In this document: in pieces, positions 46,155-57,300 of the stretch
Layout: every line of letters begins with the position of its first letter
How positions within the stretch are numbered: the first letter of the stretch is position 1
Assembly (NCBI GenBank): GCA_049651825.1
Contig: JBASCV010000259.1
Location: forward strand, 1-57,799
Source of the DNA: Bacteroidia bacterium
GTDB taxonomy: Bacteria; Bacteroidota; Bacteroidia; 2-12-FULL-35-15
Direction of reading: 5' to 3'
Length of the DNA: 57,799 bases
The notes under the pieces: model-generated
Database searches by the model: none
What the model saw: the letters and a program-made list of their open reading frames with translations, nothing else
Told to the model about the DNA's origin: nothing
Translations under genes and position numbers: made by a program

Positions 46155-47333
46155 TTATTTTTTTATAAAATACATTAAGTTTGATTCCCCCACATGATAT
46201 TTATATCCTATTCCAAACGGTAGTGGTTTTATGGTTACTAAGCTATCTGTGTAAGCTTGTTTTAAATCGTTTTGCAACGAATTTGGAAACAATGAAATTG
46301 CACCGTTGTATTTTCCATATAAGGTAGCTGTCCAAATAGAATCATTAAAATACTTGTAAGGAATGCCCGAATCATCTTCAAGTAAATACTTGCTGTTGTT
46401 GAGTAGCAATGTTCGTATTGTAGAAAAATAATCTTTGTGCATCAGGTAAGAAGCCGATTTTAAATAGGTTGTGGCATCTTTATGTTTGTTTATGTAATTA
46501 GTAAATGTTGTGTTTTTTTCAAGATGTGTATTGTCAAGGTTTACTGAAAAATAATAAACTCTTTTTAATTGATTGGAAGCATTTGTAAATTGAATTTCAA
46601 TGCCTTTGTTTTTATTTGTACTTTTTTGTTTTTCCTCAAATGATTGATGTACTTCAATGTTTCCATCTTCGTTTAACGATATTGGCTTAATATCTACAAT
46701 AGCGTTTCCTGTTCGTTTTATAAAAAATAGCAACAAGTGAACGGTGCCATTTAAATCTTCATTTTTAAAGTCGGTCGACATACTTTTGGTTCTAAAAAAA
46801 CTGAAATTTAATATAGCATGAAGCGATTTTTTTATCTTGTTGAAATACTGTGCAACAGAATCGCTGCGTCCGCCAGTATAAAATTCGGGCAACGAACCTT
46901 CGGGCTCTAGCCCCACCAATATGTAGTTTTCTTTTTCAGGAAAAAAGGTAAAAACATTCATAAAATCAGCCCCCGAAAAAGGATAAAAAACAGTAGTTGA
47001 GGTTTGTCCATTTAACTCATTTTTACTCCACTCTTTCATTTTATTAATTTTTGTAGAATCAATCTTATGCCAATTTTTTTCAATTGTTTCTGAATATTCT
47101 TTCCAATATTTTTTATTGTTTAAAGCGGTATCCAATCCACACTCGTTATCAATTGGTATGCCCGCAATGTGGCGCGCTACATTATCATATAATTTATGAA
47201 TAGTAGGTTTTATAGGTTCTTTTGCAATACTATCAACAACAGGAGTATCGGCTTTACTAACAGTTGTTTCGGCTTGTTTGCCTTCATTGCAGGATATAAA
47301 AACAATAAGTATTAAAAACGTTAGGATTCGCAT
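46155..47333 (-). CDS. hypothetical lipoprotein
   Basis: 392 aa with lipoprotein signal MRILTFLILIVFISC. No recognisable family. Confidence 0.5.
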   Translation of the reverse strand: MRILTFLILIVFISCNEGKQAETTVSKADTPVVDSIAKEPIKPTIHKLYDNVARHIAGIPIDNECGLDTALNNKKYWKEYSETIEKNWHKIDSTKINKMKEWSKNELNGQTSTTVFYPFSGADFMNVFTFFPEKENYILVGLEPEGSLPEFYTGGRSDSVAQYFNKIKKSLHAILNFSFFRTKSMSTDFKNEDLNGTVHLLLFFIKRTGNAIVDIKPISLNEDGNIEVHQSFEEKQKSTNKNKGIEIQFTNASNQLKRVYYFSVNLDNTHLEKNTTFTNYINKHKDATTYLKSASYLMHKDYFSTIRTLLLNNSKYLLEDDSGIPYKYFNDSIWTATLYGKYNGAISLFPNSLQNDLKQAYTDSLVTIKPLPFGIGYKYHVGESNLMYFIKK

Positions 47334-47379
47334 AAAAAAGTTATATTTTCTTGTGTTAATTTGTTGGATAAATATAGGC

Positions 47380-48069
47380 TTAATGTTTTAATAATTGCTC
47401 TACAAGCAATGGTACACCCGTGCCTGCTTTTTCTTTAATGACGGTTAAGTTCGAAACGTTATGCACTTTTACATCACTAGGGTCTATTAAAAATTTAGGC
47501 GTTTGTTTCGGTACAAGATCAATTAATCCCGCAGCTGGATAAACAGCCAACGAGGTACCAATTACCATAAATAAATTGGCACTTTGTGCAATTTTGTATG
47601 CGTTTTCCATTTCAGGAACCATTTCGCCAAACCATACAATGTGTGGGCGTAATTGAGAGCCTTTTTCGCACGTATCGCCAATGTTTAGTTCAGCTCCTTT
47701 TATGTTGTATATAAGCTTGGGATTAGCGGTGCTTCTACTTTTGGTAATTTCGCCATGCAGGTGCAGTACATTTTTTGAACCGGCTCGTTCATGCAAATCA
47801 TCAATGTTTTGAGTAATAATATGCACATCATATTTTTGTTCTAATTGTACCAGTGCCAAATGTCCTTTATTGGGCTGTGCATCAATTACTTGTTTACGTC
47901 TTTTGTTGTAAAAATCTAAAACTAGCAATTGGTTTTTCTCCCAAGCTTGTGGTGTTGCAACTTCTTCAATCGAATACTCCTCCCACAAACCATCACTATC
48001 GCGAAATGTTTTAATGCCACTTTCTGCGCTTATTCCAGCACCAGTAAATACTACAACTTTGGGTTTCAT
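47380..48069 (-). CDS. cobB: NAD-dependent protein deacylase (Sir2 family)
   Basis: GAGISAESGIKTFRD, ITQNIDDLHERAG and HG motifs. The ATG at 48069 (MKPKVVVFTGAG) is preferred over the track start at 48162. Confidence 0.85.
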   Translation of the reverse strand: MKPKVVVFTGAGISAESGIKTFRDSDGLWEEYSIEEVATPQAWEKNQLLVLDFYNKRRKQVIDAQPNKGHLALVQLEQKYDVHIITQNIDDLHERAGSKNVLHLHGEITKSRSTANPKLIYNIKGAELNIGDTCEKGSQLRPHIVWFGEMVPEMENAYKIAQSANLFMVIGTSLAVYPAAGLIDLVPKQTPKFLIDPSDVKVHNVSNLTVIKEKAGTGVPLLVEQLLKH

Positions 48070-48254
48070 GTAAACAAATTTAAGCAATAATCTATTTGCC
48101 ACAGTTGTTATAATCAACAAGGTTTTTTTTAATCTTTTCTTCATCATAAACAAGTTTAACAATCTTACGCTTACGTTTACGTGACTGCTAACATTCAGGT
48201 ATGTAACAAACTATTTTTAGTATATTCGCATCTCACAAAATTTAAGAGGATAGA

Positions 48255-50525
48255 ATGTCGAAATTAAGAAAGCAAGATGCCTTGGATTATCACTCACAAG
48301 GCCGACCAGGAAAAATAGAAGTAGTACCTACTAAACCGCATAGTTCGCAGCGTGATTTGTCGTTGGCTTACTCTCCAGGAGTAGCTGAACCATGTTTGGA
48401 AATTGAAAAAAATCCCGAAACAGCCTATAAATACACCGCTAAAGGAAATTTAGTGGCTGTAATTTCAAATGGTACAGCCGTTTTGGGATTAGGCAACATT
48501 GGCGCCTTGGCTTCTAAGCCAGTAATGGAAGGTAAAGGTTTACTTTTTAAAATTTTTGCCGATATCGATGTGTTTGATATTGAGGTAGATGCAACCGATA
48601 TCGATTTGTTTGTAAACACCGTAAAAGCCATTGCGCCAACCTTTGGTGGTATTAATTTAGAAGATATTAAAGCGCCCGAATGTTTTGAAATTGAGCGCAG
48701 GCTTAAACAAGAGCTAAATATACCTTTGATGCACGATGACCAGCATGGTACAGCCATTATTTCGGCTGCAGCATTGTTGAATGCTTGCGAAGTGGCTGAT
48801 AAAAAAATCGATCAAGTGAAAATTGTTGTAAACGGTGCAGGGGCTTCGGCTATATCGTGTGCGAAACTTTACATTGCTGTTGGTGCTAAAAAAGAAAACA
48901 TTGTAATGTTGGACAGCAAAGGCGTGTTAAACACCAATCGTACTGAGCTGGATGAGCAAAAGCAGTTTTTTGTTACTTCCAACACTTCAATTAACACACT
49001 TGCTGAGGCTATGGCTGGTGCCGATGTGTTTGTTGGGCTTTCAAAAGGCAATGTGGTAAACCAGCAAATGATACAATCCATGGCTAAAAATCCAATTGTA
49101 TTTGCTTTGGCCAACCCCGATCCAGAAATACCCTATGCCTTGGCAATGGATGCTCGCCCCGATATTATTATGGCTACAGGCCGTAGCGACCATCCTAACC
49201 AAGTAAACAATGTATTAGGCTTTCCGTTTATTTTCCGTGGTGCTTTAGATGTTAGAGCAACTCAAATTAACGAAGAAATGAAGCTTGCTGCTGTTTATGC
49301 CATAGCTCAATTGGCAAAAGAGCCAGTGCCTGATACAGTAAACCTTGCTTACAACTCAAAAAACATAAGTTTTGGCCCTGAGTACATCATTCCAAAACCA
49401 ATTGATTTCCGTTTAATTTATACTGTAGCACCTGCGGTTGCCAAGGCTGCAATCGAATCGGGGGTGGCTCAACATAACATTACTGATTGGGAGGCATATA
49501 AACAACAGTTAATCAATCGATTAGGTTTAGATAACAAGCTAATTAGAAGTTTAACAAACAAGGCACGTCAAAATCCTAAACGCGTTGTATTTGCTGAGGC
49601 CGATCATTATAAAATATTAAAAGCCGCACAACAGGTTGTAGATGAGGGTATTGCAAAACCTATTTTGTTGGGTGACGAAGCTAAAATTCGTAAATTGATA
49701 GAAGAGCACAACCTTGGTTTATCGGATGTGGCAATTATTGACCCTCGCAGTGCTGCTGAAGAAGAACGCAGAATGAAATTTGGCGATATTTTCTTCCAAA
49801 AACGCAAGCGCAGAGGATTTACCATGTACGAAGCACGTAAAATTATGCGTGAACGTAACCATTTTGGTGCCATGATGGTGGAAACTGGGGTGGCCGATGC
49901 CATGATTTCGGGTCTTACACGTAAGTATGCCGATCCTATTAGTGCGGCCTTGCAAATTATTGGTGTTCAGGAAGATACGAGTCGTGTGGCGGGTATGTAT
50001 ATCCTTAATACGAAGCGTGGCCCTTTCTTTTTTGCCGATACCACAATGAATGTAAATCCAAGTGTACAAGATTTGGTTGATATTACCGTACTTACAGCAA
50101 AAAGTGTAAAAGAGTTTAACATTACGCCTCGTATAGCATTATTGTCGTACTCTAATTTTGGTTCATCCGATGGCGAAGTGCCAAACAAAATGCGCGAAGC
50201 AACCGAAATTTTACATAAAAACTATCCAGGGATGATTGTTGACGGTGAAATGCAAGCAAATTTTGCCCTCAATAAAGATTTGTTGAAAGAGCAATTTCCG
50301 TTTTCGGAACTGGTTGATAAAAAGGTAAATACACTTATTTTCCCTAACTTATCTTCTGGTAATATTGCTTATAAATTGATGCAAGAGTTGGGTGGGGCAG
50401 AGGCTATTGGTCCAATTTTAATTGGCATGAAAAAACCTGTACACATACTTCAGCTAGGAAGTTCTGTACGCGAAATTGTAAACATGGTTACCATTGCGGT
50501 TGTTGATGCACAATCGAGGAAATAA
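48255..50525 (+). CDS. maeB: NADP-dependent malic enzyme (malic enzyme plus PTA-like domain)
   Basis: 756 aa with an N-terminal malic enzyme domain (LSLAYSPGVAEPC, VVNGAGASAISC) and a C-terminal phosphotransacetylase-like domain. Confidence 0.9.
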   Translation: MSKLRKQDALDYHSQGRPGKIEVVPTKPHSSQRDLSLAYSPGVAEPCLEIEKNPETAYKYTAKGNLVAVISNGTAVLGLGNIGALASKPVMEGKGLLFKIFADIDVFDIEVDATDIDLFVNTVKAIAPTFGGINLEDIKAPECFEIERRLKQELNIPLMHDDQHGTAIISAAALLNACEVADKKIDQVKIVVNGAGASAISCAKLYIAVGAKKENIVMLDSKGVLNTNRTELDEQKQFFVTSNTSINTLAEAMAGADVFVGLSKGNVVNQQMIQSMAKNPIVFALANPDPEIPYALAMDARPDIIMATGRSDHPNQVNNVLGFPFIFRGALDVRATQINEEMKLAAVYAIAQLAKEPVPDTVNLAYNSKNISFGPEYIIPKPIDFRLIYTVAPAVAKAAIESGVAQHNITDWEAYKQQLINRLGLDNKLIRSLTNKARQNPKRVVFAEADHYKILKAAQQVVDEGIAKPILLGDEAKIRKLIEEHNLGLSDVAIIDPRSAAEEERRMKFGDIFFQKRKRRGFTMYEARKIMRERNHFGAMMVETGVADAMISGLTRKYADPISAALQIIGVQEDTSRVAGMYILNTKRGPFFFADTTMNVNPSVQDLVDITVLTAKSVKEFNITPRIALLSYSNFGSSDGEVPNKMREATEILHKNYPGMIVDGEMQANFALNKDLLKEQFPFSELVDKKVNTLIFPNLSSGNIAYKLMQELGGAEAIGPILIGMKKPVHILQLGSSVREIVNMVTIAVVDAQSRK

Positions 50526-50593
50526 TTTTTGAATTGTTGAGTTTTAGATTTGTAAAATTGAAATAAATAGATAATTGTTGATTTGTAGAATTA

Positions 50594-50625
50594 AAAACTC
50601 TAAAAATCAAAAACTCTAAAAATCA
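50594..50625. repeat. perfect 16-bp tandem duplication upstream of ruvA
   Basis: aaaactctaaaaatca occurs at 50594-50609 and again at 50610-50625. Confidence 0.85.
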
Positions 50626-50634
50626 ATAATTGTT

Positions 50635-51225
50635 ATGATAAACCACATTGAAGGAAAATTAGTAGAAAAAACACCTACCTATGCTGTAATAGATGCAGCA
50701 GGAGTGGGGTATGTAATGCAAATTTCGTTAAACACATTCAGTAAAATTGGTGAAACCGAAAAATGCAAACTGTATACCGAACACATGTACATTCGGGATG
50801 ATATGCCTCGTTTTTTTGGCTTTGCCGATGTGGCCGAACGAGCACTATTTCGCCAGTTAGTATCTGTTTCGGGTGTGGGTGGTACAAGTGCTTTACTAAT
50901 GCTTTCGTCACTAAGTGCAGCCGAAATTCAAAATGCTATTGCTACAGGTAATGTAGCACTCATAAAAAGTGTAAAAGGCATTGGCGAAAAAACGGCTCAG
51001 CGAATAATTGTTGATTTAAAAGATAAAATTGGTAAATCAAATAACGTTTCTGCTGAATTTTTTGTTTCTTCAAACAATATTTTAAAAGAAGAAGCGTTAT
51101 CTGCTCTTGTTATGTTAGGCTTTAATAAAGCTGCAGCCGATAAAGTGCTCGACAAAATTATTAAAACCGAAGGAACAGGACAAACCGTAGAGCAGTTGAT
51201 TAAGTCGGCTCTAAAGAATTTGTAA
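50635..51225 (+). CDS. ruvA: Holliday junction branch migration complex subunit RuvA
   Basis: 196 aa with MINHIEGKL, GVGY and the helix-hairpin-helix blocks VSGVGGTSAL and VKGIGEKTAQRII. Confidence 0.9.
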   Translation: MINHIEGKLVEKTPTYAVIDAAGVGYVMQISLNTFSKIGETEKCKLYTEHMYIRDDMPRFFGFADVAERALFRQLVSVSGVGGTSALLMLSSLSAAEIQNAIATGNVALIKSVKGIGEKTAQRIIVDLKDKIGKSNNVSAEFFVSSNNILKEEALSALVMLGFNKAAADKVLDKIIKTEGTGQTVEQLIKSALKNL

Positions 51226-51369
51226 AATATATAAACAGTTAAAAGTCAATTAATTACAACTATGAGTATTCGCTTTTTTATACCACAATCAGTACCTGAA
51301 AGTATGTATAAAACTTATAAATTAAATGCACTAGCATAAAAAACAAAAACAAGTTCTATTTTATAAGTT

Positions 51370-54300
51370 TTGACCAAAGCGTTTACAAAATATATAGTTG
51401 TTGGAGGCCTATCCGTAGGTTTACTGTCGCTTATTGTTGGCTCAGATGCCAAGGAGAGTGCCTATAAACATGCCGAAAACCTTATTGCCAAGTTTAATGC
51501 GCCTTTGGTTGATGTTGATACCCCTGAGGTTGACTTACCCTATTCTTTTGATGACGAATCTACTGGCGATCCATTAAACTACCCCAATGCAGGAGGCTTA
51601 AAGCTTAACGACCCCTCAAACGTAAAAACCGATGTAGAATACGATCCTAAAACAGGAAATTATAACATCAACCAAAGTATAGGTGGTATGAATTACCGAC
51701 CACCTACTTACATGGAAAGTGATGAATATCAGAACTATATGTTCAAAAAGCAGGTTAAAAACTATTGGAACAACCGCTCTGATGCCGAATCAAAAAACAA
51801 TCAAAATAAACCAACTATTCCTAAGTTAAATGTTGGTGGCGAAATTTTCGACCGTATTTTTGGTGGAAACACTGTTGATATTCGCCCAAATGGTTCAGCC
51901 GAGCTAATTTTTGCGTACAATGGTAATAAAACCGAAAACCCTGCTATTCCGGTTCGTAACCGAAAAGTAAATACTTTTGATTTTAATGAACGTATTCAGC
52001 TCAACGTAATTGGTAAAATAGGTACAAAGCTTTCATTAACAACAAGTTATAATACCGAAGCCATGTTTGATTTTGAAAATCAAATGAAATTGGCTTATGC
52101 AGGTGAAGAAGATGATATTATCAAAAAAATTGAAGCAGGTAACGTGAGTTTACCACTTACAGGTTCTTTAATTACAGGTAGTCAAACACTTTTCGGTGTA
52201 AAAACACAATTGCAGTTTGGTAAACTTACCGTAACGGCATTGTTGTCGCAACAAAAAGGTAAAAAATCGGAGGTAGAGGTTGCTGGTGGTGCTCAAGTTA
52301 CCAAATATGAAATTGAAGCCGACAATTACGAGGCGAATAAGCATTATTTTTTATCGCATTATTTCCGCGATAATTATAACACAGCATTGGCAGCTCTTCC
52401 GTTTGTAAATTCAGGTGTAAATATTAGTCGAATTGAGGTTTGGATTTCAAATACCAACACCTCAACCAATGATATACGTAGTGTTGTTGCGTTTTCTGAA
52501 CTTGCCGAAGATGCAATACATGTGCCAGCTAATCAGGCGGGTTACATCAACGATGTACATCCATCAGCATTGCCGTTTAATACTCAAAATAATTTGTATA
52601 ATAACATTGCCTCCGATTTGCTGGTTAGAACTGTAAATACCTGTGTTTCAAGAATAAACACGATTTCTAACAACACCTTAAAACAAACCATTAATTTTGA
52701 GTTAGTTGCATCAGCACGCAAACTTCAACCATCTGAATATAGCTTTAATGCTCGTTTGGGTTATATCTCTTTAAATCAAACACTTAACCCTGATCAAGTG
52801 TTGTCGGTTGCCTACCAGTACACATTAAATGGTGAGGTGTATCAAGTTGGTGAGTTTTCTGATGGTGGTATTAGTGCACCTCAAGCATTATATACTAAAA
52901 TGTTGAAGAGCACAGCTGTAAATACGGCTCATCCGATGTGGCACCTAATGATGAAAAATATCTATTCAATGGGTGCGTATCAAGTGAATGCAAAAGATTT
53001 TAAATTAAATGTGTTTTACAACAATTTACAAACAGGAACCTATATCAACTATTTACCAGTTCCTACTGAAGAAACAGGTGTAAACGGAAAACCATTAATT
53101 CAAGTACTAAACGTTGACCGCCTCAACCAACAAAACGATCAAATAGCCGATGGATTATTCGATTTTATTGATGGAGTTACCATTAATGCCAGTAACGGAC
53201 GTTTAATATTTCCTGTGGTAGAACCTTTTGGTGATTATTTACGCTCTAAATTCTTGCCCGGAAGTACGCTCGCAAACAGTTTTGTTTTTGATCAATTGTA
53301 CGATTCTACACGTATTGTTGCACAGCAGTTTCCACAGTTGAATCGTTTTAAATTAAGAGGTCAATATCAATCATCATCCAGCTCCGAAATTTCTTTGGGT
53401 TCTCCCAATGTTCCACAAGGTTCGGTTACTGTTACTGCTGGTGGCATTCAGCTTACCGAAAATGTTGATTATACGGTTGATTACACCTTGGGGCGTGTTA
53501 AAATTATTAACGATGGTATTTTAAATTCGGGCACACCAATAAAAGTATCGTTAGAAAGTAATGCCCTATTTGCTATCCAGCAAAAAACATTGTTAGCTAC
53601 TCACCTCGATTATAAAATCAATAACGATTTTAACTTAGGTGCAACCATTATGAACCTTACCGAGAGGCCAATTACTCAAAAGGTAAACATTGGTGACGAA
53701 GCCATTTCGAATACCATTTTTGGTTTTGACGGAAATTATAGAACCGAAGCTCCATTTTTAACCCGTTGGCTTGATAAGTTGCCATTGTATGAAACCAAAG
53801 AAATGAGTACTATCAATGCTGCCGCTGAATATGCTTACCTTATTCCTGGGCATAACAAAGCCATTGGTAAAAACGGAAACTCGTATATTGATGATTTTGA
53901 AGGTAGCCAGTCAACTATTGATTTACGTTCGCAAAGTTCATGGACATTGGCCAGTACACCACAAGGCCAAGCTGGGGCAGGAACAACAAATATGTTTCCC
54001 GAAGGTAATTTGTCGGATAGTTTAGCGTATGGTTATAATCGCGCTAAATTAGCTTGGTATGTGCTCGATCCTATGTTTATTCGCCAAACAACAGGTTTAA
54101 CACCAAGCAATATTGACGATGATGATATGTCGAGCAATTTTGTGCGAGAAGTTCCTGAAAATGAGGTGTTTCCAAATCGCCCAATCCCTACTGGGGTGCC
54201 ATCAAACGTGGCCATGTTTGATTTGGCTTATTATCCTGACGAAAGAGGCCCCTATAATTATGATACGTACCCACTTCCTGGTATTTCTGCTGGTTTGGCT

Positions 54301-57300
54301 GCCGATGGTAAGTTAAATGCTCCCGAAACCCGCTGGGGAGGTATTATGCGAGCCATACAAACAAACGATTTTCAGGCTGCAAATGTTGAGTACATCCAGT
54401 TTTGGTTAATGGATCCATTTCATACCGATAATGTTAACCCAAGCACCAATGGCGATTTGTATTTCAATTTAGGAAACATTTCTGAAGATATTTTGCGCGA
54501 TAACTACAAAAGTGCTGAAAATGCATTGCCAACATCAATAACTCCATCAACTACTGTTGCTAGCGATTGGGGGCTTATTGCTGAGGTGCCTCCGCTTTTA
54601 AATACCTTTGCTAACGACCCCTCTGAACGCCCGTTTCAGGATGTTGGTTTGGATGGTTTAGGAGCAACAACAAGTCCTACTGAACAATCGTTTTTTAGTA
54701 GTTATTTGAATGATGTGCAAGCTATCGTAAACCCAACAGCTTTCTCTTCATATGCATCCGATCCTTCGGCTGATGATTACCATTATTTTAGAGGCGATGA
54801 TTATGATGCGGCCAATGTAAAAACACTTGAGCGCTATAAATTGTTTAATGGTATGGAAGGCAACTCTCCTGTAACTACAGGAAACGATAATACTTCAGCT
54901 ACTCAAACTCCTAATATCGAAGATATTAATCGCGATAATAACTTAAGCACTGCCGAAGGGTATTACCAGTATCACATTAGTTTACGACCAAATGATTTAG
55001 CTGCAGGTGTTGGTAATAACTACATCACCAACGTGTTTTCTACCAATGGTCAAAACATTAAAAATGGTAATTCAAAACCTATAAAGTGGTATCAGTTTAA
55101 AATACCAATCATGACTCCAGAACAAAAAATTGGGTCAATTGAAAACTTTCAATCCATTCGTTTTTTACGTATGTTTTTGAAAAACGTAGATAAGCCCATT
55201 GTGTTGCGTTTTGCTCGTTTAGAGTTGGTAAGAACAGAGTGGCGTAAGTATGGTTTTGATTTACTTCAGCCTGGTATATATATTCCTAATGACGAAGGTA
55301 CAGGCTTGTTTAACGTTGCTGCCGTAAGCATCGAAGAAAACGGAAGTAATGAGCCTGTAAACTATGTTTTACCACCAAACATTCAACGCCAGATAAATGT
55401 TGCTTCTGCTAATTTATTGGCGTTAAACGAGCAAGCATTGGCGCTTACCGTTTGCGATTTAAAAGATGGCGATTCAAGAGCTGCATTTAAAAATGTTGAT
55501 TTTGATGTGCGTTCGTACAAAAAATTGCAAATGTTTATACATGCCGAAGCATCTGCAAATACTGCCAATCCACTTAATCATAACGATTTAAATGTATTTA
55601 TCCGTTTAGGTACCGATTATACTGATAATTATTACGAATACGAAATACCCGTGCAGGTTACCGCACCAGGCTTATACAATGGTACCAACCTTGACGATCA
55701 GTACCGTGTGTGGCCCGAAGTGAACGATATGATTTTAGAGTTTGCTAAATTACAAGAAGCGAAACTTGCACGTAATGCTGCTGGCGCAAGCATTGTAACC
55801 GATTATACCGTTATGGACGGCACACGAAAAATAAGTGTGAAAGGAAATCCAAACCTTAGTGCCGTTAAAACCATTATGATTGGTGTGCGAAACCCTAAAA
55901 AAGTGGGGTCGGCCGATGCTGACGATGGATTGCCTAAGTGCGGACAGGTGTGGGTAAACGAGTTGCGTTTAACCGATTTTGACGATCAAGGTGGAGGTGC
56001 TGCAAATGCACGCGTTACAGCTAAGTTGGCCGATTTGGGTACCTTATCATTATCGGGTAATTACTATGCGCCAGGTTTTGGAAGTATTGAAAATAAAGTA
56101 AGTCAGCGTAAACGTGCTACATTAAAGCAGTATGATATTACTTCAAATGTTGAATTAGGTAAGTTTTTACCAAAGGATGCTAATATTCAAATTCCTATGT
56201 TTTGGGGCTATTCCGAGTCGTTTTTAACCCCACAGTTTAACCCACTCGACCCCGATATTTTATTAGCACCTCAGTTAAAAGACCCTAACTTATCAAAAGG
56301 AGCAAAAGATTCGCTAAAAGCTGCAACGCTTGATTATACCATGAGAAAAAGTCTCAATTTTACGAATGTAAAAAAGGGTAAAGGCAAAAATTCAAAGAAA
56401 TCTCATATTTATGATATTTCTAACCTTTCACTATCCTATTCATACAGCGAAATATTCAGGCGTAACGTTGATTTAGAATATGATTCAACACGCAACTATA
56501 AAGCAGGCTTGATGTATAGCTATTCGCCAACACCTAAAAATATACGTCCGTTTGCAAAAACGAAGATTTTCCAGAATAAATATTTCTTACTTATAAAGGA
56601 TGTTAATTTTTATTTGTTCCCCAATAAATTGGGCTTCTCTACGGATATTGATAGGTCGTATAACACCATGAAAACCCGCGATATTACTGAAGGAGAAATG
56701 CTTGTTATTCCTACCTATAACAAACGTTTTACAATGAACAGAAATTATGATTTAAAATACGACATCACAAAAGCATTAAAACTTGATTTCATAGCAACAA
56801 ACGAATCTCGAATTTTAGAGCCTTACGGTGCTATTGATACCGAACAAAAAAAGGATACAATCATTAATAATTTGATGGATTTGGGTAAAACTACTCAATA
56901 CAACCACCAGATGAATGTAAACTATACCCTGCCTATCAATAAATTGCCGTTGATGGATTTTACAACCACATCGGTAAGATACACAGGTACTTACAACTGG
57001 ATGCGAGCGCCTTTTAATGCCGATTCATTGGGTCATACCATTCAAAACTCACGTACCATTCAGCTTACTGCACAATTAAATATGGTTACGTTATACAATA
57101 AAGTGCCATTTTTGAAAAAAGTAAATCAAAAAGGAAATATAAACAGCAAAAATAGCAAAACGCCTCCTCCGCCTACTAAAGGAAAAGCATCCGATAAGGA
57201 TAAAGACAAGGATAAATCTGGGAAAGATTCTACCAAAAAAAATAATCCTATTCCTCTAATATTTGAGTACCTGGCCCGCATATCCATGAGCTTGAAAAAC

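Noticed and set aside
48425-50188. Several 73-116-aa minus-strand ORFs inside maeB.
   Set aside because: They are antisense to a strongly supported 756-aa malic enzyme gene, are Ser/Ala/Ile-rich with no motifs, and are typical shadow ORFs. The same applies to the ORFs inside holA, the permease, kup, the MMPL gene and the TonB-dependent receptor.
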